Source of the DNA: Azolla caroliniana
Lineage: Eukaryota > Plantae > Polypodiophyta
Assembly (NCBI GenBank): GCA_043228905.1
Contig: JBHGNT010000011.1
Location: forward strand, 20,584,001 to 20,648,000
DNA: 64,000 nucleotides
Reading direction: 5' to 3'
The translations under genes and the position numbers were made by a program. This document shows, one piece after another, positions 1 to 14,305 of the stretch (position 1 is its first letter; every line of letters begins with the position of its first letter). The notes below the pieces were generated by a model. It saw nothing but the letters and a program-made list of their open reading frames with translations, had not been told where the DNA came from and made no database searches.

Positions 1-11
1 GTTATCAAATA

Positions 12-188
12 TAGACCACCTTTCTGAGCCAAGTCTAATGTAGGGTGAGCAAGGAAGACCTGATCTAACTGAAGGGTTTCTCCTCAACCTTCTTTGGTTG
101 TTAGACCATCTTTCTGGGGCAAGTCTAATGTAGGGTGAGCAAGGAAGACCTGATCTAACTGAAGCGTTTCTCCACAACCTTCTTTGGT
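12..188. repeat. Two-copy 90-bp tandem duplication (TMN intron)
   Basis: TAGACCA..CAAGTCTAATGTAGGGTGAGCAAGGAAGACC..CTTTGGT starts at 12 and 102. Confidence 0.85.
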
Positions 189-553
189 AGTTTTTCCATC
201 AGAAAAGCCCATCAAACGTTTAACATCTTGCAATAAATATAATTATCAAATATAGAAGAGATCAAAATTATTTATTTTTGTGCATGAGCAATAAAGGAGC
301 CCAAAACCCCCATGATCTAACATCACATTAACTATTCCTATTCTTGAGATGCTGAAACATAGCCTTGAGCTTAAGGTTCTCTAGATGATTTAAAATATAG
401 CTAAACAATTTAAAATTTCTTCTTGCAAAACGATATGCTGGAAATGTATTTCAGAGGCACTAGCTACACTTGGCACTGAAAAAAATAATTCAATGAACAT
501 TCTTTCCCCGGATAAATAAATAAAGCTTGTAACACAAGAATAAAATATTAAAC

Positions 554-3500
554 CTGTAAGGAGTCACTTCGAATCCTACTACTCGGGAAAACAAGTTGTC
601 AGCATCCATATGGTATAGTACAGTAAAAGAAAGATGATTGTTGATGAGGTACTTTGATGTTCCTCCCTGTACAGAAGTTGTGACAAACATTTGATTATCA
701 ATTCAAATCTTCTTTAAATTCCATACTGACTCTTGCTCAGCTTACCTCCACAACGTTTTTAAACCCAACTGGAAAACCATGTTCGTAAGTGTTTATGGGG
801 TTACCATCTGGTTCATGGGTCAATACAGCCAACGGTAAGTTGTCCAAAATCCTAATAAAAACAACAGTTATATGTTGTACCAAGGCTGATACAAAGCATA
901 GCAAAATAAAATTTCTACATACATATTCACGTGATAGTCTTCATCAATCTTCTCCATCATATTCTTTACTGTGGATATGTCTAATTTGTCAATCTTGCAA
1001 GCAAAGCTGCACAGCTTATCTTCTCTCATGTAAAACTGCAATGCCAACGTGTCAGATATAAATGTATCTGAAGTTTCATGAAAACTGATGAATCAATCGA
1101 GTGAAGCCACCTATGCCATTAATACTCTAAACAAGAAACTATTTGTCAAGCAACTGTTATTCCTTAAAAAATGTTAGTTATGTAATTTGGATTAGGGTAA
1201 TTGGATGTGTTTAAAATTTATAGTGTGTGTATCCATTACTGTAGATTATGAACAGTACGCATTCACTGAAGTCTGAAACGTCCATGGCATTCACATGGCA
1301 AGTGGAACTAGGGCCCAGATCCAAAATGCATGTTTAGATGCACAAGTGCCGGGGGTGATGATAGATATCACCATGGGATGATATAAGTTAAATTTTGAAG
1401 TGAACGTAAGTGACAAATTTTAATGTGAAATTTGATCAATTTTAAGGTGAATGAAGTAGTAAAACTTGTTAACACCTCATGCTAGCTCATGCAAGCAAAG
1501 TAGAAAACGAGCTAACATGAGACTGTTCCATCCATTTCCAGTATATCATGGAATAAATGTCTGATAGTAATCACAACTACTTTCAACATCTAATAAATAG
1601 ATTTGACTTACCGCATAAGGTGAATTCTCGATGCGATCACCCCTCAAGACCTCCCCAAGATTCTCTGCACTGTTTTCAATTACTGGGGGCGTACAATAAC
1701 CTAGAGAGTAATACTCATAAGGAAGTTGTGTCTTAGTGGATGTCAACTTGTTCACTTTTACTTTAAGCTCATCTCCCTGCAGAACAAAAAAAAACGTATT
1801 GTTTCAGATCATCTAAAACTCGCTTTCTAACCATTCCTGTAAGCACTCACAACTCCTAAGTAAAAAATTTGACTTCTTAAGTATCTTCACAGATAATTCA
1901 AAACATATGAATATGTACATGAAAAACTTTGAGGGGGAAAAAGATTCATTGCAAAAGCTAAAAGATGACCTATACCCTTGCCAAGTAAGGAGGAAGAAAC
2001 AAATTTGAGTCTGACAAAGTGACATTGCATCAAGTTATGATGCACAGTATGATGTTACAATTTCAGAATAAGCCTGTGCCAAAGAAAAGGCACCAAAACG
2101 AAGGTTTTGACATTGCATCAAGTTATGTTATACAGTATGATGTTACTATTTCAAAATAAGCATGTGTCAAAAGAAAGGCACCAAAAAGAAGGTTTTGAAC
2201 TTGACTCGCCATAAAATATCTCCATTTGAGTATGCATGCAAAAGAACTAAAGAATTCCATTGAAAATACACAAGCCATCCAATTGAACAAAGATTTTCCA
2301 TCCCAGACAAAGAATAAGCATTCCTGCAGAACTTTCCTAAAGACACAGCAATTGTGCTGGTTCCAGATACTTGATATACACATGTTTTAATATATTCCCA
2401 ATTTTATGTATATAAGCATTTACAAAAGGAAGATTATTTTCTGCAATCCAATTGATGAAAGACTGTGTGCTGAGTTTCCTCACTTTGAAAATGAACACAC
2501 AAAATTCTACAAGATTTTCTAATGCATATGCACAAGCATCTACGTCATGATCAATGGAAGATAGATTATCTGCAACTCTACCAATTGAAATATATTCAGC
2601 TGTATTTTCTCGTGTTCAATATTCATACACATATTCTAAGATATTTTCTAATGTTCCTATGTAAGCATCTAACCAATTTCAGAGGATTATATGCAGCTAA
2701 ACCTAAGATAAGATCCAACAAGAATTCAAGAAGAAATGCATTTCTAATCAATTTTCTCAATTGGAAAATGCATGAACATGCTTTAAATTATTCAAGAGGA
2801 ATCAAAAAGAAAAAGAAAACAAAATAAGTGAGGAAATCACCAGCAGCTAAATCGATTAAATGATCCAAAACAAAGCTAGAGGAATCATTGGTTCTGTGAT
2901 AAAAACAAAGTATAAGAAGGAACTGAATATTATTATTTTCAGCTGAATCTACTAAATGATACAAAAAAAGCTAGAAGGATCATATTTCTGTGGGAAAAAC
3001 AATCAAAAACGTGATAAAAAAAGGCATTTTTTTAGTTTGTATGTGACCAAATCTATGAAAATTATCCGAATAAGTACTAGAAAAACGGTTTAAAAAAACA
3101 AGAAAATGACGCAATAGAAGATTACCTGAAACTCCGGGAATTTATCTAAAAACAAAGAAAAACTAAGTGAAAGATGCAAATAAGTATGACATAAAACGAT
3201 ACTTGGAAGAATTAAGTAGCTATGATGACAAAGACCATGAAAAACAACAAATGGAAGTGAATGAATGTGAGAAAGAATTGAATTTCTGTTGCAAAAACTA
3301 TGAAAAATCAAGACCTTGCATATATCAATTATATGCAATGATCCAAAAACAAATGCTGGAGGATTCAAGTTTCTGCTACGGAAAAAGAAGACAAGTAATT
3401 TAAGACAATGTGCGGTGCTGTAAATATATGAAATGGTCCAAAAAGAACAATCTGCTAGAATATTAACGTTTCTGCTATGGAACTCAGAGAGAGAGAGAGA

Positions 3501-3813
3501 ACCGCATCTATAATACCTACGAAACATTTCAAAACAAAGGTAGAAGAAACAGGTCTTTGGAAACGAAAAGACGGAGAGAAGAAGCAGAAAGGATCAGAGA
3601 TGTTTCGAAATGAGAGATTTCGAAGAGGATTACCGTGTTGAAATCTCGGGGAGCCACGCCAGGGAGATAGAATCCATGCGATGGAGCGGACAGGAGAACA
3701 TGAGTGAGCAAAAGAAGGGGAAGAAGATGATGATAAATTTGCTGACGACGAAGAAGAAGATGATGATGGTGATGAAAGACGTTAGAAGAGAAGAAGAGAG
3801 AGAGGACCGCCAT
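554..3813 (-). CDS. Transmembrane 9 superfamily (EMP70/TMN) protein, 5' exons only; gene continues past window start
   Basis: GT-AG exons read manually: 3813-3634, 1776-1612, 1035-923, 851-746, 666-554. Spliced peptide: signal peptide, then [89 protein letters not shown], all TM9SF hallmarks. Confidence 0.95.
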
Positions 3814-3861
3814 CGCTGAGCTTCGATGCACGCAGACTCGGACGCGGACACGCAGAACACG

Positions 3862-3907
<46 letters not shown>

Positions 3908-4116
3908 ACGAAAAGAAAGAAGCTCCTGTCGATTGATTTGTTAGTCTGTAGATTTTATTCTTTTCCAGTTTTTGAACATGGCATTAATTTATCATCCTAT
4001 ATAATTCATCTGTAAAACAAACTACAAATAAATATTCGATTTAATTTAACTTCTTAATTCTACTGTTTATACCCTAATTTGGGAAATCTGTATTTTGGTA
4101 ATAATTCAAGAATGGG

Positions 4117-4386
4117 ATCCTATCGGCTTCATATTATTACCCATGCAATATAAGTCCTTTAATCCTATCGGCTTCATACTATTACCCATGCATTACATTA
4201 AGTCCTTTAATTGTATCGGCTTCACATTATTACCCATGCATTAAGTGCCTTAATCCTATCGGCTTCCTATTATTACCCATGCATTACATTAAGTCATTTA
4301 ATCCTATCGGCATCATATTATTACCCATCCATTAAGTCCTTTAATCCTATCGGCATCATATTATCACCCATGCAATAAGTCCCTTA
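4117..4386. repeat. Minisatellite, 6 units of ~43-48 bp
   Basis: Unit ATCCTATCGGCTTCATATTATTACCCATGCATT(ACATT)AAGTCCTTTA; units 2 and 4 carry the extra ACATT. Confidence 0.9.
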
Positions 4387-4394
4387 AGGCCCTC

Positions 4395-4715
4395 CTCTTA
4401 ATTTACTAGATGCCACCGTGCAATGTAAAGGTTTAACCCTTAACCTTGTGGTCTCCATTGGACAACCTTAGCAAATGAACCACATCCGTTTGGGCTTTCT
4501 CTCTCTATTCGAGGGCATCCATTAGTGAATCATTTGATGCGTGTTGGCCATGTATGGTTATGTTTCTTCATCCTTCTCCCTCCCTCTTTTATATCTCTTA
4601 ATTTACTAGATGCCATTGTGGAATGTAAGGGTTGAATCCATGGCCTCGTAAGTCTCCATTGGGCAACCTTACCAACTAAGCTCTCCCTCCCTCTCTCAAC
4701 TTGAGGGCATCCATT
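4395..4715 (-). mobile_element. Two further copies of the same tRNA-derived SINE-like repeat
   Basis: 4395-4525 and 4595-4715 are diverged direct repeats whose reverse complement matches 16541-16640 (TCCAATGGAGAC..GGCATCTAGTAAATTAAGAG). Confidence 0.55.
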
Positions 4716-6493
4716 ACTTGTTGGGTTCGATTCTTACTCGGTGAATAAATGTTAAAAGACACGGTAGATTTGTATAGTTAGATTTCGAAGCAAAAGTAGG
4801 ATTGGATCAAACCGAACATATGGGGAAGCTCTAGTATCGGGTAGTATTTCCAAATCATGTAAAGGAAGTGAAAAAGAAATGGTGATTTTTTTGTTCAACC
4901 TAGGAGCTCAACGAGCATAACCTATTGGTTGGTTTAGTGGTTTTTTGCATGTAGTAAAGGACAACAATTGCGTAGTTCTACGAGTATGAACATAAGATCT
5001 CCATCAATAAGTTACTTTTTATGTTATGACTTATTTCATTACATTGAAGTTATTTCAATGGTCACTACATGTACAACTACCCACCTAGTACAAGTAACTA
5101 CAGTTATAATTATCATTTTTCTTATTAAATTTTCCACTACCCAAGGAATTGAATCTATTGATATATTAAACATGCTTAGTTTAGCCCGTTCGTTGCAAGT
5201 CGTTGCATTCTTTCGTCATCCCACCTTGAGAACAATAGTCAAACACTACCATAATAGTTTTCATTCCCTCATTATTTGGGTCATATGTACCAACTATCCA
5301 TCAAATTTGTCATTTGAACGAAATCTCGATTGCCTTACATCCACCACACGTGTCGCTCGTCACTACTCTTAGTTGATCCTTATCCACAATAATTATCAAC
5401 ACAACATAATACTGACCTAGACTTCTCCTTACATAAAAGAGATGACATCCATTCATATATGGGATTGATCCAACATTCATATGATCCTTATGCTTTATTA
5501 CACATATAATGTCTCATTGATTCCCCGTTTGCATATCCCACAATTGATACATCTTATTGTGGTATTTAATACCTCTCACATCCCATGCGGTGTCCTTCAT
5601 TCCAATCCATTCCCTTTTGAAGTTGACCTATCTTTCTCTCTTGTTGCCAACATTTCTATTCAATCGTAGAAGAAATCTGTCAATACGACATAAGTTTTAT
5701 ATTATGGCAAAGGATCCACAAAATGTGTGATGGTTCTTCCCTTGACGCTTGTGAGCTTTTTAGTGAGGTTTGTATTAACAAGAGAGTTGGGTAGAGCGTT
5801 TGCGAGGTTATGGTACATGAGGTTAGTGGCTTTCGAGTGGTACATGCTAATAAAAAACAAGTAAATGGTTAAGTAGCTTATCCTTTTGTTGTTACGATGC
5901 AAAAAAACGCTTCAAAACTACGCTTCGATGCATTAAGCAAATCCTCAACAAAGCAACAATTACCCTTGCTACCCAGTATTCGGGTTGTCAACTGACTCAT
6001 GGAAAAAACATAATCATGTTGAGAAAGATGGGGGGGGGGGGGGGGGGGCACTATGTATTTCGTTTTCTATCTTAATGTCAATATGTAAGGGCTTCCTCAC
6101 TACAATTGAGATTTTGAATGGGGAGGATGAATTAATTAAGCAAGCATACCTTTGTAAATGTGGGGAAGTTAGGAGCATAGGTTTGGTAACTCTACAAATC
6201 ATTAATTATCCACACACCATATCCATATCTATACATGTATACAGTATGTATAATGTATGTCATTAAAAATTTAACTGTTCTCTCGAGAGGAGACTATGGA
6301 TATGGGGCTCTCTGCTGCCGAGGAGAGGTTCTAAACGTGGCTATGGTGCTGCAGACAGTTATGGCCACCTGATCGTTTCTTCTCCTTCTTCTCTTCATAC
6401 TTCCATTTCTCTTTTTCTTTCGTCTTCTTTATTTATCTCATTCTTCCTCTCTCTTCACTTTTTCCTTGTTTCACTCTTCTTCTAGAATTGACC

Positions 6494-9400
6494 ATGAAAG
6501 CTCAGGTTGTGTCTTCTGTGTCACCTTCTTTCTCTCTGAAGGAAAGCGGGCCTGAACCAGTCACTCCGGCATGTATTTGTTCGTCTCTCAGGTTAAACCA
6601 TGGCTTATATGGCAAGAAGAAAAGGCATTTTGTGAACGAAAGAAGCTCTTTTCTCAGCTTCTCTTTTGTTCTCAGTAGACGCTCGGGCATTCATCATGAA
6701 CCGTTTCTCACTGTTTCAATTCCTGATGAAACTACTCGAATTGGTACGTTTCTTTTGCTATTTGTTTTTTCCTTTTACCATATTAACATCAAGCTTTGTG
6801 TAAACTATGCTAATATTAATTTATGTGCTCTAAATTATGTGTAAACAATGCTTATTTTTTATAAAATGTGTTTACTTGACTGCATGCACATTATGTTATG
6901 AGCAAATGAATTTGACTTTTGCTGTGTACACATTAGGCTATGTGCACACAATGTCAGTTTTTCGTTTATGCAGATTAGACAGTGTAAACTATGTTTGTTT
7001 TCCCGTATGCATGTCAGACTATGTGTATACTATGTTTATCTTGCTATATGCACACCATTATGTTTATCTATAGCTACTATATGAACATCAGGTTATGTAT
7101 AAACTATAGTTGTTTTACTATATGAACATCATGATTTATGTATAACTATGGTTATTTGCTGTATTGTGAGTTTATCTATGCTTGTTTTACTGTTTGCACA
7201 TCATTGATGCATAAAATGTGTTTGTGTTACTCTATGCAGATTAGCTTGTGTGTAAACATGCGTAGTTAATTTTTTAATGTATGCCCTTCAGCTGTGTGTT
7301 ATCTATGTTTGCTGCACTACATGAATATTGCAATACGTGTAAACTATGGTACTGTACTGTATGCACATGTGATTATTCATAGGGAATGTTTATTTTACTA
7401 TAAACATCAGATTATGTGGAAACTACATTTATTTTACTGTTACTTATGTGTATACCATGTTGATATTTACTGTATGCACGCTTGACTATGTCTGCTCTAT
7501 GTTTATGTTTTGTGATTAGCTAGATGTAAACTATTGTTTATTCTCCTTTATGAACATCAGCTTATACATGAACAAAGTTTATTTTTGTGGTATGCCATAC
7601 TTGTAGAATACTTAGCATACAATACGCGTGGAATATGTATGCTACGTATACTAAAATTATTCTATATTTTTTCTTTAAATACTTAGAATGTGTATTCTAT
7701 ATTACGTTAAATATGCGTAGAATAAGCTAAATACATAGAATGTGTGTAAAATATGTTAAACACTTCTTAAGATTTAAATTGTTTTTTTCAAAAACAATTT
7801 AAATTTAAATTTATTTTAAACTTTTTTGAAAGATTAAATGTTTGTTAAATACATAGAATACGTTAAATATTTTAAAATGGCAATTCTAACCATAGTAGTT
7901 CAGACTATTTCGGTAGAATACTTTAGAATATTCTGAAACGTACTCTAAATATAAAATACATGTTTTTTAACAACTGTGCTATATTTATATCAGCTTCATG
8001 AATGAAGTGTTAATCAGTTAGTGATCTAATGCTAATCATAATTAATAAGAAGGAAAAACTCTGAAATATCTCCCACTTTTCCCTATTTAACCCCAACTTT
8101 GCATCTTTCCCCAAAACTTCCTTGGTCAACCCTCAACAGAGAGAAATAGGTGACAAATCAACCTTGTAATTGCTCTTAATGGTAGGTATGACAACTCTTT
8201 CAAGAGTTGACCTAGGGCATTTGGGAAATAAAGAACAAGTCGTGGTTATTCTGGAATTTTTTTCTTTAATTAAATTTACTTACTTTAATTCATATTCAAT
8301 AGAATAACTGTGTTTTTTTACTGTATATACAACAGATATGTGTAAATGCTCATGCTCAGGTCAGAAGCCTCAAGACTGGGGCTTTTCGAAAAGAACATTG
8401 TTCTCACATAAAGATTCAGCTTTGTCAGAATGTTTACCCTCTGAAGTCATGAATTCCTCCTTTGATAAGGCACAAAGGAATAGAGGTATAATGTTAAGAA
8501 AACATGGTAGTAGGCTAGTTACAAAGGCTGCAAAGAAGAGACCGCAGATGGTAATACCAGATGCAATTAGAGTAGAACCTGGAAAATATATTTATGATGT
8601 AGAAAATGCTATCAATCAGTTGAGTGCATTAGCACCCCGGGCAAGTATCACACGTTGCATGGAAAGCTATCGAAACAAACTATCAATGAAGGACTTTTCT
8701 CTTATCTTTCGTGAGTTTGGTCAACGTGGTGATTGGGAAAGGGCTGTTAGGCTCTTCAAGTACATGCAACGCCAGCAATGGTGCAAACCTCATGAACACA
8801 TATACACAATATTGATAGGTATACTAGGGCGAGAGGGTCTCTTAGATAAGTGTAGTGATATCTTCGAAGAGATGCCAAGTCAAGGTGTGGAATGGGATGT
8901 CTATTCTTTTACTGCTCTTATAAATGCGTATGGTCGCAATGGGCAATATGAAGCTTCTCTCCATCTCTTGTCAAGGATGAAAAGAGAGAGAGTAACCCCC
9001 AATCTTATCACCTACAACACTGTGATCAATGCATGTGCTAAGGGAGGCATGGATTGGGAGGGCTTGCTTGGGCTCTTTGCACAGATGAGACATGAGGGCA
9101 TTCAACCAGATATCATAACCTACAACACACTTCTTGGTGCTTGTAGCATTAGACGTCTTATTGATGAAGCTAAGATGGTCTTCCAAACTATGAATGAGGC
9201 TGGTGTGGTTCCTGATCAAGCCACATATTCATTGCTTGTAGAAACATATGGAAGTGTGCATCGTTTAGATGCTGTATCCAAACTTTTAAAAGAAATGGAA
9301 AACTCTGGGAATGTACCAGATGCTGTTGCATACAATGTATTATTAGAGGCTTTTGCTAAAGAAGGAGATGTTATAAAAGCAGCTGGTGTCTTCAAACAGA

Positions 9401-12400
9401 TGATACATGCAGGTTGCAATCCAAATGTTCAGACTTATACTATATTGTTGGAATGCTATGGGAAACATGGCCGGTTTGATGATGTTAGGGATCTTTTCAA
9501 AGAAATGAAAGAAAGTGGAACAACACCTGATATTATGACATACAACACTCTTATTCAGACATTCGGAAAAGGAGGATGTTTTAAAGAGGTCGTTAGCCTC
9601 TTTGATGCGATGACAGACAGCACTGTCGAACCAGATATGGAAACCTACATAGGTCTTTTGCATGCATGTGGAATGGCAGGATTACATCAAGATGCCAAGA
9701 GGATTTATCAACATCTGTTGATGTCTGGCTTACAACCTGAGGCAGAAATTTTCAATGGACTCATCCATGCATATGGACGAACAGCTCTATATCAGGTCCT
9801 TAGCTCTATTATATTCATTTTACTTCTGGGAAAACTCTGAAATACCCGACTTTTTCTTTTTCTCCAAATTCCCCCAAATTTGCATATTCCCAAAATGCCC
9901 TTGGGCAACCACCCAAAGAGAGAAGAAGGGGATGAATCACCCCTACAATTGCTCAAGTAGTACATATAATTGAGAAAAGCAGATGAATTTTTCAGATATC
10001 ATATACAAAAGCTCTTTTGGGTGTTGAGTCTTGACCAAGGGCACCTGGGGAATAAAGAAAACTCAGGGGTGTTGCAGAAAATTTCCCTTTATTTTTTGTC
10101 AGCTTCTATTCTCTAACAGATAGTTGCCTTTTTGTTTTATGAGGTGGTCACAGGAAGCAGACATTGCCTTAAAAAGCACCAAGGAGTTAGAATGCAAAGT
10201 GCATCCTGACATTTTCAATTCCCTTATCCATGCTTATGCCAAAGGGGGTCTCTATAAAGAAGCAACAGCTACATTAGACAGCATGAAGAAAGCAGGGTTT
10301 TCAATGACAATAGATACATACAACTCTTTTATAGAGGCATTTGGAAGGGCAGGTCTTTTCCGTGATGCTAAACAAGTATTCTATGATTTGCAAGAGGCTG
10401 GATACTCTCCAAATCTAACAACATATGAAGCATTACTCAATGTGTATTGTGCTGCGGGTCTGTTTGATGAAGCAAAAGCACAGTTTCTAGAGATGAAAGA
10501 GATTGGTCCGACTCTAGAGATCACATCTTACTGTCAAATGGTATCCATTTCTGCAAGACGAAGCAGGTAAATCCTGTTCTAATGGATATAAAATTAGAAG
10601 TTTGTGCCAAATGCTACTGTGGGATTTGTGGTCATCAATAATTGTAGCTCTTGTCTCTGATTTGTTGTTTGCTTAGAGGAAAAGCAAGTATACCAGCCTT
10701 GATGAGAAACAATTTTCATAATCCTTTAGAAAGTGTAGTAGATATTGGCATATTTAACAAAACTAAGTGCACAAGAAAATATACAGTGAATGTGATTTAC
10801 GATGAAAAGTTCTTGATGAGGCTTAGTGGTGAGGGGTTCCGTTGTTGGAAAATAAGCTATTATAAGCCCAAAACCGCTGTTTGTAACATGGACATGCTCT
10901 ACAGTGAGAAAAAGAAGGGTTTCTCTACCTATGCAATATCTGTGCAATATATATGCATGTTTATGTGGACACTTGTTTATGAGTAGTTTTGGGAAGAAAT
11001 AAATTGAGGTCTTTTAAGAGGCCAAAATGGCCTATAAGACAGACACAGAGATTACATCTTAAAGTGTTATCTCCACTTTGAGAACAAGCCAAAATAATGT
11101 AACTAAATAAAAAAGTAAATACAATAAAACGTGACTAAAGAATCTTGTTATCTATACATGTGAGATTATCAAGTCAGATGAATTGAATATTTTGTCTTCG
11201 AAAGATATCTACCATAGGTCTATCCAAAATGGAGAGATCTCTGAAGCAAGGAAAGCATCTGCGAGGGCAGGAGATAATGGCCTTTATCTCTCAATGATAA
11301 GGGTGGTGAGATCATGGTCCACGAGGCCGGGGCCTACGTGCACTGAAAATTGCTATTGCCCGATCTATAACCCCTTTTCAATGTCCTATTTGGAAGCCCA
11401 CTTGTGTAGTCCTTGATTCACTTTTAGAATGAGTAGGAGTGACGAGTAGGATGAGAGAGGGAAAAAGTATATCTGCCTTCAAATCCTTTCTATTTCATGG
11501 AGTTTCCCAGTGCTTGAATATCCGTCTTGTTATCTTTGTAATTGTGGACATTGCTCCACATGATATCTCCATTCAGCAAGCACCTTTGGATGAGCATTTC
11601 AACTTTCAGGCACCAAGAATACAAGGTTTTGCATTGAAAGAAACAAACTTCTCTCCATGTTAGCTCTCCATCTTGTTATTGGTATCGTTTGTGGATTTTG
11701 CTCCTCATGCCTCATGCAGACTTCTGCCCAAACAAATGTTACCTTTCATGCACCAGGAAGGAATACAAGCCTTTCATCAAAAGAAGGGAACTTATTTTCT
11801 TGTCAGTGTGATACAACAAGTAAAAGTGACGTTTTTATCTTTCACTTGCCCACAGTGAAACTATACATATTGAGGCATTGTGGGTTATCAGTTAGCGCTC
11901 CTCCCTTTCCACCTCCAGAGTTCACTAACAAAAACATTTCTGACAAGGTATCCTTAAAGGGGGATGATCAAACAGATCTTTCATCCCTCCCTCTCAATGA
12001 AACTATACTAAAAGGTGGGGTAAAACATGTTGCGGGAAGAGAATTTCAATGTTAATCTTCCTTCACAAAAGTTTTATTATGTTAAGTGTCCTTCCATATA
12101 GATAGTGTACAAATTGGTTAGTATGTCTGGTGTTCTAGGCACAAAATATTTCGCTTATCCGATGCCTTAGGGTCGTTTATTTGACCATACAGAATCATGT
12201 CTTCCTATGAGGGCTAACATTAAATATTTAATTGTATATTTGTTACCCCATATAAAGGAAATTTAGAGACTTTGGTAGAGAATGTTCATGTTCTTGCTTT
12301 CCTTACTCCTAGTAGGGATGTCAGAGTATGTATATTGTGGAATATTTGTAACATAATCCATTCTTACTTGGTTTTCTCCTCTAGGTGCTGGTTTTCCTAG

Positions 12401-14305
12401 TGGCTGTTATAAATCCAAGCAATTCTCGTTTCATGCAAAATTCAGAGTCCCTTTCATCTATATAGGTTGAATATTAAGCCTACTTGGAAACTTATTGTGA
12501 ATTATAATGATTAACACAACTACTCTGCCATGACCCATATTGATGACTTACAAAATTCTTGTATTCAAGCTCTCACCAGCATCTAAGTTGGCTGTGCATT
12601 GGTACCCAGCTCAGATAAAGCAAAACATATTGACAGAGTATCATTTTGTTTGTGAGCTCATGAAATACCTTTGACTATTGGCACACCCATGAAAATGTGG
12701 CTGATTCATAAGGGAATTGATTGGTCAGCTACTTGGTCAAACAATGTTGGGTTGCCACAGAGACATTATATGTTCGTAGTAATTGTATTCGGACAAGCAT
12801 GTTCTTGCGCACAAACAACCTGAAATATTTTTATTGCTCTCTTTTGTACTCCTTTTTATGCTTAGGGGTGGGGTAGCCTTGAATATACAAGCATATGGGT
12901 GTGCTACGTGTTTGGGGTTTGACTGACATGGTGCTTCTATATGTGAGTCTTCTTTGGTCTTCAACTGATCTGATTGCATGATCTTAGGAAGCCACCGAAG
13001 TTCTTAAATAGACTAGGTTGAAGGGAACGTCTAAACATCTAGTAGCATATTCTATAAAAGAAACACAAAATATGCTACAATTGGTTAAGAAGGAGAGCCC
13101 AGTGATTGATTGGGTAATTGAGCATGATAATGGCATGAAAACCATAAATCCCCACGTCATTATTTCTTGCAATATAGTCAAGAATTTTAAAGGATCCTAG
13201 TGTCAAACAGGGTGCAATACCAAATGCATTTACAATGTGTGAGGGTTGAGGGTTTAGGAGTGTATGTCACATGTTTGTGCATAAAGATATGTGTCTTTAT
13301 TAGTTGATTTTATTCCCTCCAAATATATGATTTCTGACAGAAATCATTATTACTTTTATTTTCATCAATAGGTGGGATGATGTTCGCAAAATATTGGAGG
13401 AAATGCAAGATAGCAATATGCCCAGTTTTCATGCTCTTGTTGCTGGTTTGATACAAGGGAACTTCGATGAAACAAATAACTGGTCTGAAGTTGTTGAGCA
13501 CACTTTTGACTCAATCAAAGTCAAAGGAATTGAAAGTAATACAACATTCTACAATGCACTACTAGAGGCATTATGGTGGTCGGGTCAAAAATCACGTGCA
13601 GGAAGAGTTTTGCAGGGTGCGAGGATGCGGGGTATCTTTCCTGAAGCTTATAGAAAGACAAATACAGTATGGTCTGTGGATGTTCACAGGTAGGTGCATT
13701 GGAACCCTAATTATGTTACAAAAATGAATAAAGAACTAGTTTAATTATGATGATCGTATATTTTGGTGATTGTTTTGCAGAATGTCTGTGGGGGCAGCAT
13801 CAACAGCTGTAATCACATGGCTTGAAGAAATGCAAATTGGGGCTAAAATGGAAGAACTGCCTGAGTTGTTCATCATAGTTACTGGGTATGCCCTTAATTT
13901 GAGTGTTGATTTGTTCATTGTACTTTTTATACTCCCTTGGATGTTTGCATTTCTGTATGGTGTGACGTGATGATGGCATGCCTTAAAGAGACATTTGTTT
14001 CCTTTCATGGCTGTAGGAGGACAGCTGAAAGTGATAAAGAAGAGTCTGAAGCTCCAGTATCGAAATTAGTATATACCACTCTAGAAGGAATACATGCGCC
14101 CTTTAAATTTGCTCCATGGAATCGAGGGAGAATTATAAGCTTCAAGAACCAAATGGTACCTTGGCTTCAAGAAAACACTCTTCCTGAAGAATTCTTCAAA
14201 GATATGCCACTTCCTATTGCGAACGTGCCCAACAGTAGCAATGGTCCAAGTGTTGCGGTCTTTGGAGGCAAATCTAGTAGAAGAAAACAATTGACAACTT
14301 TATGA
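6494..14305 (+). CDS. PTAC2: Plastid PPR-SMR protein, pTAC2 (At1g74850)-like
   Basis: Exons 6494-6743 (transit-peptide-like, least certain), 8336-9795, 10154-10566, 13372-13689, 13781-13885, 14017-14305, all GT-AG and phase-compatible. Contains DFSLIFREFGQRGDWERAVRLFKYMQRQQWCKP-EHIYTI, tandem P-type PPRs and a C-terminal SMR (WSVDVHRMSVGAA..IVTG). Confidence 0.92.
8052..8264. mobile_element. Mutator-like MITE remnant in pTAC2 intron 1
   Basis: Starts GGAAAAACTCTGAAATA and ends TATTCTGGAATTTTTTTC; homologous to 9828-10087. Confidence 0.5.
9828..10087. mobile_element. Mutator-like MITE remnant in pTAC2 intron 2
   Basis: Imperfect TIRs GGGAAAACTCTGAAATACCC / GGGTGTTGCAGAAAATTTCCC; inner ATGCCCTTGG / CCAAGGGCAC pairing. 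Confidence 0.55.

Noticed and set aside
4117-4386. CRISPR-like appearance of periodic repeats (also 39410-39643)
   Set aside because: Units are contiguous with no unique spacers, there are no cas genes, and the context is eukaryotic.
7597-7976. AGAATAC-rich segment ending in TTTTAACAACTG (possible hAT MITE end)
   Set aside because: Matching left TIR and TSD not found.
11030-13210. ORFs in pTAC2 intron 3
   Set aside because: They look like heavily decayed LINE-type sequence; no boundaries or convincing domain could be established.
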